Part shown: piece by piece, positions 54,435 through 63,501 of the stretch
How positions within the stretch are numbered: position 1 is the stretch's first letter
Layout: the number at the start of each line of letters is the position of its first letter
IMG/VR virus record: IMGVR_UViG_3300032327_001521
Source of the DNA: a virus
Lineage: Duplodnaviria > Heunggongvirae > Uroviricota > Caudoviricetes
DNA: 64,000 bases
Strand: one strand, 5' to 3'
Notes under the pieces: model-generated
Told to the model about the DNA's origin: nothing
Database searches by the model: none
What the model saw: the letters and a program-made list of their open reading frames with translations, nothing else
Translations under genes and position numbers: made by a program

Positions 54435-55022
54435 TTATGTAATATCGATCAGGTAAGCAGCTACGTAAATCTTTACCGTGTAGTCTTGAGCGCCAACTAG
54501 CAGGTCACTAGCTTGGGTTGTGACCTGTATTGCTGCATTCTCAATTAGGTTAGACCAGCCATCAAAACCAGCAGGGGTTGGATAGCCTTTTGCAATATAT
54601 GTGCCATCTGTATCCATTATTCGAGTATTAAAATTAAAAATTGGGTCAGTTGAGGCTGCATTGACATCTAGCGTACTACCGCTTAGTGATCCACTGCCTC
54701 CAGTCCTACGTGCAACGGCAGAAATCACATCCCAGGCTTTTCCAACACCTGGCGCTTCAAGACCTATCACTGCATAACTAGCAGCTGGAAAAGCTAACTG
54801 AGCAACTGTCAGCTCAACCGTGCCCATTACTAGACTTGGTCCGCTAGTTGGCTTAGGCTGAATCCACTGGTAAGAATCATCGTCATAGACGTAAACGTAC
54901 TCGATACCAGTATCAGTATTAAACCACCGATCGCCCTCGTTTATTGTACCTTCTGGCGCAATGTTCTGCGAATAGTAGGCTCCTCCACCGCCTCCTGCAT
55001 ATACTTGTGGATAGTGTCCCAT
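54435..55022 (-). CDS. tail fibre-associated protein
   Basis: 195 aa; motif RWFNTDTGIEYVYVYDDDSYQWIQ shared with the giant fibre (RLFNYDDGLEYAYVTDGGSNFWIQ). Confidence 0.5.
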   Translation of the reverse strand: MGHYPQVYAGGGGGAYYSQNIAPEGTINEGDRWFNTDTGIEYVYVYDDDSYQWIQPKPTSGPSLVMGTVELTVAQLAFPAASYAVIGLEAPGVGKAWDVISAVARRTGGSGSLSGSTLDVNAASTDPIFNFNTRIMDTDGTYIAKGYPTPAGFDGWSNLIENAAIQVTTQASDLLVGAQDYTVKIYVAAYLIDIT

Positions 55023-55051
55023 TGGTTAGTTAAAAATTTCAGTGAAGGACC

Positions 55052-55157
55052 GGTGTAAGGTAGGGGAGGTCACGAACAAGATTCCGCCCGTAGGCATAGC
55101 ATGAACAAGATTCTGCCCGTAGGCATAACACGAAACCGACAACCCCTACTCTACACC
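55052..55157. promoter_or_regulatory. inverted repeat enclosing two 25-nt direct repeats, between the giant fibre gene and gene 54435..55022
   Basis: arms ggtgtaaggtaggggagg (55052-55069) / aacccctactctacacc (55141-55157); direct repeats gaacaagattcYgcccgtaggcata at 55074-55098 and 55103-55127. Confidence 0.4.
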
Positions 55158-55186
55158 AAATCCTTCGATTTAAGTATTTCTATTTA

Positions 55187-58100
55187 TTAAGGAAGTCGTG
55201 TCTCAAACCAACATCTAAGTTCTGTGTTTGTAAAGCCTGTAGAAAGACTAGCACACGGCCCAAATTCCGAATAGACTCCAAACTCGTAATTGAAAGGAAA
55301 TTTATCATGGGATATTGCAACAACTCTGCTTAGTGGGCCGGATATTAATTGACCCAATCCTCCATTTGCGCTTGGTGACCATGCCACATACCTAAATGCA
55401 ATATACATTGGAGCATAATTCCTAGAATATGGAAAGCGTCGAGTTGGTGGGCCGCTAGCTCCGCCTATACCAGGAACAAGCATGGTCTCGTTAATTGGTG
55501 CACCCGAAGTTGACCTATACTTCACTAAACGATTTGCAAATCTGCCATTAATGTATTGAGCTACGTCTATCACTTGATTAATTGCAGTAACCTCGTAATG
55601 ATTTGGTCTACTTACGCCAACTACATCATTAAAAATAGCGCGCTTGTGAGTTCCTCCACGCGTCCAACCGCCTGATGTTGATTGCCATGGAAAATATGGA
55701 CTACTATTTGGTGGTACGTCTCCACCTACAAAGTGAGGTGGAGATACTACATATCCCGCTCCACGACTATTCTGGCCTGCGGTGTAGCTAACTCGGCGAC
55801 GATAATACACCATTTCCACAAAAATTCGGTATTGAGAGAGCAGCTCAGTAGTTAAATCAACTGCTACAACGTATGGAGCTGATTTTAAATTAAATCCGCT
55901 ACCTGGAGAATTGGTTGCAGTATCCCAATCCTGTAGTGAAACTGCTCCGCTCGTACCATTGACCTGTTGATATACTGCTCGTAATTTTACGATTGGAACT
56001 GGCAAGACTATGCCTACTCCGCCTGTACCTGAACCGCCTGACGAGCCGCCTCCGCTTATCCCGGATATCTGTATCCAGAAGTTTGAGCCGCCGTCAGTAA
56101 CATATGCATACTCAAGACCGTCATCATAATTAAAGAGGCGATCTCCAATATTCACTGAGGTTGGAAAACCTGATTGTGTGTAATATGTATGTGAAGTGCC
56201 AGATGAACCGCTTGTTCCAGAAGAACCACTTGAACCTGCTACACCGGATGTACCTGACGTACCGCTTGAACCTGCTACACCGCTTGTTCCAGAAGAACCG
56301 CTTGTGCCTGAAGAGCCTGATCCAGATGTACCTGACGTACCGCTTGTGCCTGAAGAGCCTGAGCCCCCGGTCCCGGATGTACCGGCTACAACTGTCGTCC
56401 ACGTTAATGGATATTGACCACTGTCTATTGCATTGAGTGTAAGAACCTGACCTGCTGTGCCTGCTGTAGTAGGTAGCCGGTATACTACATTTGCAGCTAG
56501 TGTGCCAGGTGCAGTAAAACCTGTGTAATTAGTTGAGCCAGTTTCTAAGAGTCTGATCTCACCGCTTGTGCCTGAGGTTGGGCCGATCGAGACAACTCCA
56601 TGTAATCTAGAGTTAGTAGAACCGCTTGTGCCGAATATTGCAATTGGGCTCCCTGTACTGTCCTCAACCATTACTACATTTGTGCTCGCAACTCCCTGTA
56701 CCCGGAGCTGAGCTCCGATTCCAGAAGTCATTGCTGTGACGTATGCACCAATATTGACGGCTCCGCCAAAATGAGCCTTGTCCTTTTCAATATAGATTGA
56801 CCATGGCGCATTTGTGTAGGTTGAAGCAACCTTTACACTTCTTCCAAGTAGGTCAGGTGTATTTGCTGGATCAAGTTTTGATTCAATATAGATTGACGCA
56901 AAATTTGTAAAACCTAAACCAAAATCCCAAAATGGAACTCCATCAGGATAGACGGCTTTACGTATGTAAACATCGTATCCTGTTCCAACGGCCAAGCTTG
57001 CTCCAGCTGAAGCATAATAACCTAGGTTAAGTGTTTTGGTTGATTGATATGAACGTGCAACACCTCCACCAAGTATTTGAGTTTCATAATAATTAGTAGT
57101 TGCATCTGTACCGATTGCACCATTAAAGTCAGCAAAGTGGGCCTGTGCAATCAGGTACTGGGCTCGCTGTGGATCAATCTGTGTAGTTGTAAGTTCTCCA
57201 ATGATACCACTAGTTGATGAACTGCCGCCAGATACAATATGCCTCTTATGCTTAAGAACTGTAACTCCAGATGTTCCACCAGTACCGCCTGGTGTATAAT
57301 CAGTATATGTATCTGCAATTGGATTAACCGGTTGTGTTATATTTTCCGAAACATATGCAATTACATTAATTTGAGGAGTACTATGATTTATGTAGCCAAA
57401 ACCGGATGGTGTATACGGATCGTCATTTCTAACAATATCATAATAGTTTAATAGGCTAAGCTTGGTTGCGCTCTCTCCACTTGATCCAACTATTACGGCT
57501 CCGCTAGTTCCACTTGGAGCAAGTCGTAAATTAATAGAAGATGTGCCAGTTGAGTCAGTTGCAGTTAGCAGCACATCACTAGCTCCGCCTGACATCATCC
57601 AATAGTTATTGACACCAGATGTATTGCCGACTGTAATTGGTCCAACAAATCCTTTGGTTCCAGTAATATACTGGTCACCTTGAGTCATTACGAAATCGGC
57701 ATTTGCACCAGAATCAGGTACAGTATAGGTTTTGCCAACTGCATGAGTTGCTAATTGCACAATTGAGTTTCCACTGGATGTTCCAGCAAAAGTATCATCG
57801 AGTGAAGTTCCGCTTGTTTGATATATGGCAAGTCGACCACCAACACCAGATCCAATATTGACACTTAGACCGGAAGTACCAGATGTACCGGAAGTACCAG
57901 CTGAACCGCTTGTGCCTGAAGTTCCAGAGCTACCAGAAGACCCGCTTGTTCCAGACGTGCCAGAAGAACCGGATGAGCCGGTTGTCCCAGAGCTACCCGA
58001 AGACCCGCCTGTTCCAGACGTGCCAGAAGAACCGGATGAGCCAGTTGTCCCGGATGAACCTGATGTACCTGAGCTACCGGAAGAACCGCCAGTCCCTGAC

Positions 58101-61100
58101 GTACCAGAAGAACCTGAAGAGCCTGAACCAGAAGTTCCAGAGCTACCAGACGTCCCAGATGAACCTGATCCGCCTGTTCCTATTGAGCCAGTCTGTTTAG
58201 AGATAAGGCCTGCTCCATTTATGACAAGGTAATTGGTTAAACCAGATGTTGTTGATATCCCAGTTAAGGTTGCAGTATGCACAGTTAAGTCTCCAGCTCC
58301 AGTAATCTTACCTGAGGTACCGCCTGTACCATTTTGAAATTCAATGAGGCTATCTGAGTCTGCGCCGCTACCTTGACGAATTGAAATGGCCTTACGTGTT
58401 GCCTCAGTTATGATCTCTGGCTCAGTTGAGTTATCGTATGCTTGCTGTAGATTAGTGGTTGATATTCCGCCTACTGCACCGCTTATGAGCTCGCCAAATT
58501 TAGAGGCTCCGGTGAATCGTGCTTTGGCTGTATTAGTTAAGTCTGTTGCATCTTTGGTAACAGAAAGGACTCCGATAATTGTACCATTCTCTGCATTATT
58601 AGAATATTCAACAAATGTTTCAGTTGGTATTGCCGCAATTGCATCAGCAAGGTTTGAATACCAGGCCTGTCCGTATTGAATACGAATGAGACCGGTTGCG
58701 AATAGGTAGATTCGTTGATTTGTTGCTCGTCCGCCTCCACCTGGAATTGCGGTAACTGTTCCAGCTAGATCATAGTTAGCTTGATCGATTGTTGTTCTAT
58801 TACTAAAGACTCCGCCATTACGAGTTCTGTACTGGAAAGTTACAGGTGACTGCGCTCCAATTGAAACCGAATTTGGATTTAGCTCATTGACTGTAAAATT
58901 AATACCATTACCCCAAAGTGTTCCGTTTGTAGTATTAAAAGTCAAATTCGCAGCAACATTTGGATACGGTATGATCCCCTGATTAATAAGCTTAATTGGT
59001 GCCCAAATATCACGAATAGAGCTATATGGGCTCACATCAAAATCAACTGAATTGTTTACGTTCTGTATGGTAGTATTATTTGGATGGACTACTTTACCAA
59101 CATACAGAAATTCTCGACGCTGCTGAGGAGTTGGGAGAGTCGACTGTGTCGATACTGCACCGCTCGTTGAGAGTAGTATGTGAGTTGAATTACCTGAAAG
59201 GAGTGGTGCTACACCGGTCGTGCCTGCAAAAATAACATTTGTAACATCAGGTAGAGTAGCATAGGCTCCAGTATTCTTAACGATCCAGCCTTTAGCTGAG
59301 CCAATTGAGAATGACGTACTGCCTGCATCAATTGTTAGGCCTGAAAACTCGTAAACACCAGTTGATGTAACGTTACCCTCTAGAATATTACGCTCCTTTG
59401 AGGTTAGAGTTAAGTTAGCATCTTCGTTTTGAATTGAGACATGAATTGTACCTGATGTTGAGCCATTATCTGTTACATAACCAATTTGATTACTTCTAGA
59501 GTTAAATGGTAGACTCGTTGTACTCGCAACAAACGCACCAGCTGAGGTTGATGCATAGATAATATCGCCAATTGAGTAGGAGCTAAGATTTAGACCTGTT
59601 ATGATACCGCTGTTCGTGACAAAGCCCTCCTGCCCATTTAGGATATTAGCCGACACTAGCCCAACTACTTCATTATTACCAATATGAGCGCTTGTGGCCA
59701 AAGTAGCATTCGGTACAGCGCCAGTTGCACTCTGTAATTTAACAACTTGGCCCTTTAAGAGAGTTGAGCCAGACGCATTGTAGACCCTAATATATTGCTG
59801 TTGACCAGTTCTAACTACTACATCACTTGATGTGCTTGGATAGTAGGATATAGATTTGCTATTTGAGTCAAAGAAGGCTCTGCCTACTTTTGTTGTAACC
59901 GATCCACTTGTTGAGAAATCAATATTTTGAACTTCTTGAATATCCTTGTTATGTAGGACCAATGAGGTTCCATTAAATGTTAAATTGGCTTGGGCAACGG
60001 CTCCGCTAGAAGACCCGTCTGAGGTTAAGACACGATTTGCGCCAGGATCAGTAATATACAAGCTTGTTCCAGAAGAACCACTTGAGCCGTCTGTTCCTGA
60101 AGTACCAGAAGTTCCATCTGTTCCAGATGTACCACTTGATCCGGCTGTACCGGAAGTACCACTTGAACCATCTGTTCCAGAAGTACCATCTGTACCTGAG
60201 CTGCCTGAGGCTCCAGCTGTTCCAGAAGTACCAGAAGTCCCATCTGTGCCAGAAGTCCCAGAAGAACCATCTGTGCCAGAAGTTCCCGATGAACCGTCTG
60301 TACCTGAGCTGCCTGAGGCTCCGTCTGTTCCAGAAGTACCAGACGTACCGGCTGCAGCAATTAAAGTCCAAAAAGTTCCTTCAGTAGGAGTATTTCCAAC
60401 CGTTCCACCATTAGCATCTATTCTATACCAAGTTTCTCCTTCATACGTAACAATATCACCTACTGCATATGCGTCTCCTATACTATAGGGTCCTCTAAAA
60501 TTCCATAACGCATCTGTACCATCTGTACCTGATGTACCGCTTGAGCCGTCTGTACCGGAAGTCCCTGATGAACCCGAGCCTGAAGTGCCAGATGAACCGT
60601 CAGTACCGGAAGTTCCTGATGTTCCATCTGTACCAGATGTACCGCTTGAACCATCTGTTCCACTTGAACCGTCTGTTCCTGAAGTCCCTGATGAACCGTC
60701 TGTTCCAGAAGATCCGGAAGTTCCGTCTGTACCGGATGTCCCAGATGAACCGTCTGTTCCAGAAGAACCGGACGTACCGCTCGAACCATCAGTTCCGGAA
60801 GTTCCTGACGAGCCGTCTGTACCTGAACTACCGGATGTCCCATCTGTACCCGAAGTACCGCTTGACCCATCCGTTCCCGATGTTCCGTCTATTCCAGAAG
60901 TCCCAGATGAACCGTCTGTTCCAGAAGATCCGGAAGTTCCAGAGCTACCAGCAGTTCCGTCTGAACCTGCTGTACCTGCTGAGCCAGCTCCTCCAACAAA
61001 TTCAACTAGATCTCCATCTAGAATACCGTCACGATACCAATATTTGCTAGAAGTTCCATTAATGACTAGTCGAACATCCATTGACTGGAATCGAATAGCT

Positions 61101-61249
61101 GACGGTATATTAGCATTCGCAACATCAATAGCCTCACCTTCAGTAGCCGCATAATACGGGCCTGACCATGAATCAACTGGTGCTGGATTTACCGGCTGTA
61201 CGCCAAAGGGTAACTGTAGTCCGCCTATTAATCCTGAAGTTCCTGCCAT
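55187..61249 (-). CDS. giant (2020 aa) tail fibre with four collagen-like blocks
   Basis: blocks of GSSGTSGTDG triplets at about aa 86-235, 300-400, 1010-1110, 1610-1690 separated by beta-rich domains. Confidence 0.7.
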   Translation of the reverse strand: MAGTSGLIGGLQLPFGVQPVNPAPVDSWSGPYYAATEGEAIDVANANIPSAIRFQSMDVRLVINGTSSKYWYRDGILDGDLVEFVGGAGSAGTAGSDGTAGSSGTSGSSGTDGSSGTSGIDGTSGTDGSSGTSGTDGTSGSSGTDGSSGTSGTDGSSGTSGSSGTDGSSGTSGTDGTSGSSGTDGSSGTSGTDGSSGTDGSSGTSGTDGTSGTSGTDGSSGTSGSGSSGTSGTDGSSGTSGTDGTDALWNFRGPYSIGDAYAVGDIVTYEGETWYRIDANGGTVGNTPTEGTFWTLIAAAGTSGTSGTDGASGSSGTDGSSGTSGTDGSSGTSGTDGTSGTSGTAGASGSSGTDGTSGTDGSSGTSGTAGSSGTSGTDGTSGTSGTDGSSGSSGTSLYITDPGANRVLTSDGSSSGAVAQANLTFNGTSLVLHNKDIQEVQNIDFSTSGSVTTKVGRAFFDSNSKSISYYPSTSSDVVVRTGQQQYIRVYNASGSTLLKGQVVKLQSATGAVPNATLATSAHIGNNEVVGLVSANILNGQEGFVTNSGIITGLNLSSYSIGDIIYASTSAGAFVASTTSLPFNSRSNQIGYVTDNGSTSGTIHVSIQNEDANLTLTSKERNILEGNVTSTGVYEFSGLTIDAGSTSFSIGSAKGWIVKNTGAYATLPDVTNVIFAGTTGVAPLLSGNSTHILLSTSGAVSTQSTLPTPQQRREFLYVGKVVHPNNTTIQNVNNSVDFDVSPYSSIRDIWAPIKLINQGIIPYPNVAANLTFNTTNGTLWGNGINFTVNELNPNSVSIGAQSPVTFQYRTRNGGVFSNRTTIDQANYDLAGTVTAIPGGGGRATNQRIYLFATGLIRIQYGQAWYSNLADAIAAIPTETFVEYSNNAENGTIIGVLSVTKDATDLTNTAKARFTGASKFGELISGAVGGISTTNLQQAYDNSTEPEIITEATRKAISIRQGSGADSDSLIEFQNGTGGTSGKITGAGDLTVHTATLTGISTTSGLTNYLVINGAGLISKQTGSIGTGGSGSSGTSGSSGTSGSGSSGSSGTSGTGGSSGSSGTSGSSGTTGSSGSSGTSGTGGSSGSSGTTGSSGSSGTSGTSGSSGSSGTSGTSGSAGTSGTSGTSGLSVNIGSGVGGRLAIYQTSGTSLDDTFAGTSSGNSIVQLATHAVGKTYTVPDSGANADFVMTQGDQYITGTKGFVGPITVGNTSGVNNYWMMSGGASDVLLTATDSTGTSSINLRLAPSGTSGAVIVGSSGESATKLSLLNYYDIVRNDDPYTPSGFGYINHSTPQINVIAYVSENITQPVNPIADTYTDYTPGGTGGTSGVTVLKHKRHIVSGGSSSTSGIIGELTTTQIDPQRAQYLIAQAHFADFNGAIGTDATTNYYETQILGGGVARSYQSTKTLNLGYYASAGASLAVGTGYDVYIRKAVYPDGVPFWDFGLGFTNFASIYIESKLDPANTPDLLGRSVKVASTYTNAPWSIYIEKDKAHFGGAVNIGAYVTAMTSGIGAQLRVQGVASTNVVMVEDSTGSPIAIFGTSGSTNSRLHGVVSIGPTSGTSGEIRLLETGSTNYTGFTAPGTLAANVVYRLPTTAGTAGQVLTLNAIDSGQYPLTWTTVVAGTSGTGGSGSSGTSGTSGTSGSGSSGTSGSSGTSGVAGSSGTSGTSGVAGSSGSSGTSGSSGTSHTYYTQSGFPTSVNIGDRLFNYDDGLEYAYVTDGGSNFWIQISGISGGGSSGGSGTGGVGIVLPVPIVKLRAVYQQVNGTSGAVSLQDWDTATNSPGSGFNLKSAPYVVAVDLTTELLSQYRIFVEMVYYRRRVSYTAGQNSRGAGYVVSPPHFVGGDVPPNSSPYFPWQSTSGGWTRGGTHKRAIFNDVVGVSRPNHYEVTAINQVIDVAQYINGRFANRLVKYRSTSGAPINETMLVPGIGGASGPPTRRFPYSRNYAPMYIAFRYVAWSPSANGGLGQLISGPLSRVVAISHDKFPFNYEFGVYSEFGPCASLSTGFTNTELRCWFETRLP
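56196..56417 (-). repeat. collagen-like block 4 of the giant fibre gene
   Basis: G-X-Y coding periodicity; mirrored PEEPLVP frame on plus strand. Confidence 0.65.
57883..58200 (-). repeat. collagen-like block 3 of the giant fibre gene
   Basis: G-X-Y coding periodicity; mirrored frame ORF 57825..58232. Confidence 0.65.
60049..60360 (-). repeat. collagen-like block 2 of the giant fibre gene
   Basis: G-X-Y coding periodicity; mirrored frame ORF 59946..60488. Confidence 0.65.
60544..60994 (-). repeat. collagen-like block 1 of the giant fibre gene
   Basis: G-X-Y coding periodicity; mirrored frame ORF 60585..61154. Confidence 0.65.
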
Positions 61250-61250
61250 T

Positions 61251-62447
61251 TTATGATCTTGTTATTTGGTGCCTGTGATTTCCTGGCGGAGTTCCACCGA
61301 GGCTATATGGTATTGAATTTGTCATTGTGTAAACCTTATATGAAGTAGCCGTTCCGCCTGCATCGTTAACATTAAAAGTCGATAGTATGTATTGAGCTTT
61401 AATATCAACGTTTAGCGCATCAAGGTCAACTGCCGCAGACAGAGATAATGTTGCTGGCATTGCAGCTGTAAATATTCGCTGAACCGTGCCTGTTTCCAAA
61501 TTAAAAGGATTGGCACCTGTTGTAAAAATCCTTGTCCCAAGAGCTCTAACACCGGCACTGTCAGTTGGAGCACTAGAGGATGGTCCGTAGAATATAAAGT
61601 ATCCAAAATTCACAGTTGAGTTACCGCCGGTTGTTGTTTGATATGTATCGGTAACGCTAACTCTGTAAGTTATTGAATTTGATGCTTTTAAGGCTGCATC
61701 ATTATGGACGATTGGTCCAAATGAATACGTTCCAGGTCCAATTGATGTAGCTGATCCAACATCAGTCCAACCCCCAGTCCCATTAACTTGATATTGCAAG
61801 ACATATGTTGATAGATCAACCAATGGACTATTCCTAGTGATAAGACCACTTAGAGTTGAGCTCACTTTACCCTTTTCGCGATTTGAGTTTGTCTCTGGCG
61901 AAATTACGGCTAGCGTACTATTAATGGTCAATGAAAAGGTTGGTGCTACATAAACCGGCGTAAAGTTTAGAGTGGCAGTATTTGTGCCAGTAGCAGTATC
62001 TGTTACAATATATCGATAGTTTATCGAGGCAGTATTGAATGGGGTATCGGTAAATGTGTGAGTATATGAACCTGACGTATTTCCTAGTGTTGTAAGTACT
62101 GTCCATGAGCCTGAGTTATTCCTCCGCCATTCAATCGAAGAAGAGAATAAGGTTGCCCCTAAAGAGTTTATTGTTGTGCTATAATTAAGCACAATTGAGA
62201 CAGCTGTCTGATTAAATTGAACAGTTGACGGTGAAGTTAGCGATACAGTTGGGGCCAAGGCCTCAACCACAGCCATTTGAATGACCTCATTTGCAGTTTT
62301 GCCAGTTGATGGTATGACTTGGCCATTTGTGTACTTACCAAATGTTTTGCCATTAGACAAAGAAACAGTAAGATCAGTATCAAAGACCAGACCAGCTCCA
62401 CCTAGGCCATCTAGGTCAATTTGTTTTATCTTTATCTTGTATGCCAT
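61251..62447 (-). CDS. beta-rich (Ig-like) virion protein upstream of the giant fibre
   Basis: 398 aa, Thr/Ser/Asn-rich beta-strand pattern; 2-nt gap to the fibre gene. Confidence 0.45.
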   Translation of the reverse strand: MAYKIKIKQIDLDGLGGAGLVFDTDLTVSLSNGKTFGKYTNGQVIPSTGKTANEVIQMAVVEALAPTVSLTSPSTVQFNQTAVSIVLNYSTTINSLGATLFSSSIEWRRNNSGSWTVLTTLGNTSGSYTHTFTDTPFNTASINYRYIVTDTATGTNTATLNFTPVYVAPTFSLTINSTLAVISPETNSNREKGKVSSTLSGLITRNSPLVDLSTYVLQYQVNGTGGWTDVGSATSIGPGTYSFGPIVHNDAALKASNSITYRVSVTDTYQTTTGGNSTVNFGYFIFYGPSSSAPTDSAGVRALGTRIFTTGANPFNLETGTVQRIFTAAMPATLSLSAAVDLDALNVDIKAQYILSTFNVNDAGGTATSYKVYTMTNSIPYSLGGTPPGNHRHQITRS

Positions 62448-62508
62448 TCAGAAGTCGAGTTGATTTTCTCAGTTAGAGTTATTTATCAACCCGAATTTGA
62501 TTTATGGC

Positions 62509-63465
62509 CTATTGTCGTCTATCCTTTGCGTATAAGATTGCCTCAACGTACTTGGAGGATGCAGTTGCTGGGTCAATACTGGATAGATCAGCATCAAATG
62601 GGCTCTGGTTTATAAACTCGCCTTTATAGAAGAGCCGGCCGTCATTATTACCCGTTACTCCAGCATTGTGCATAATCTTGTGCTTGTCATAGTCAGCTAG
62701 ACTTGAAGTTCCCCAACTAAACTCTAGATCCCGGTGAAGTCTAGTTTGAGCACCTGATCTCCATGCACCCCATAGTACAGCCCACATATCTGCACACCAT
62801 TTTTGAATTGGATTATAGGACTTTGCAAGTTCAGCATCTAGCGAGGATCTCTCTGCTGCTTCCCTGGCTGCCATATACGAATAGAGATCAAGGGCACAGG
62901 TTTTTACATATTCCCAGTATTGAGCGGTTACACCCTTCATTAAATATTGGGCACCACCTGACACTGCCTGATTAGCCTCAACTGTACTTGGCTCAACCTT
63001 TGCAATATCGCACATATTTGTAAAAAGTGAGTCTGATTTGGACTTTATGTAGTCTGCACCAATGTAAGAAATCGTATCACTTAAGTACCAATAGTGATCA
63101 TCATACATTGAGCTAAAGTCAGGAAGTTCCCTAAAGATAATATCTGAATCATGATAGAAGATCACATCTCCCCTTAGCTCAGGATAGGCCCTAAAGTGCT
63201 GTTCTAGAATATCCGGCCTTAGGATTGGAATATATCCATTGTTTTGAGTGATCCGCTTTTTGTAAAAAAAGAATCTGACCTGTGGGTATTTACCTGCAAG
63301 ATGGATAACCTCAGCGGATGGAGCTCCGTCATGAGCCCATAAGACTTCAATCCAGTTTGGATTTATTCCAACCTTCATAAAGTTATGAATCATTACCTCA
63401 ACTTGCCAATGGAAATAGGGTACGTCGGGCTGAGCCGAAATGAATACGATCTTCTTTGTCAACAT
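62509..63465 (-). CDS. hypothetical protein, possible nucleotide-sugar transferase (weak DxD hint)
   Basis: 318 aa; FYHDSDIIF; function weak. Confidence 0.3.
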   Translation of the reverse strand: MLTKKIVFISAQPDVPYFHWQVEVMIHNFMKVGINPNWIEVLWAHDGAPSAEVIHLAGKYPQVRFFFYKKRITQNNGYIPILRPDILEQHFRAYPELRGDVIFYHDSDIIFRELPDFSSMYDDHYWYLSDTISYIGADYIKSKSDSLFTNMCDIAKVEPSTVEANQAVSGGAQYLMKGVTAQYWEYVKTCALDLYSYMAAREAAERSSLDAELAKSYNPIQKWCADMWAVLWGAWRSGAQTRLHRDLEFSWGTSSLADYDKHKIMHNAGVTGNNDGRLFYKGEFINQSPFDADLSSIDPATASSKYVEAILYAKDRRQ

Positions 63466-63501
63466 ACTAATATTATACTAGGTCAGGCTCAAAGTTTTAG
63501 T

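Noticed and set aside
55074-55127. CRISPR-like array.
   Set aside because: There are only two direct repeat copies with a 4-nt spacer and no cas genes.
56130-61154. Many long ORFs on the plus strand and in alternative minus frames inside the giant fibre gene (for example 60585..61154 PDEPSVPEVP..., 59946..60488, 57825..58232, 56196..56417, 60025..60371, 56130..56436).
   Set aside because: They coincide exactly with the collagen-like GGN-NCN triplet blocks. G-X-Y periodicity removes stop codons in the mirror frames, and the proteins are low-complexity P-E-V-P mirror images of the G-S-S-G-T repeats.
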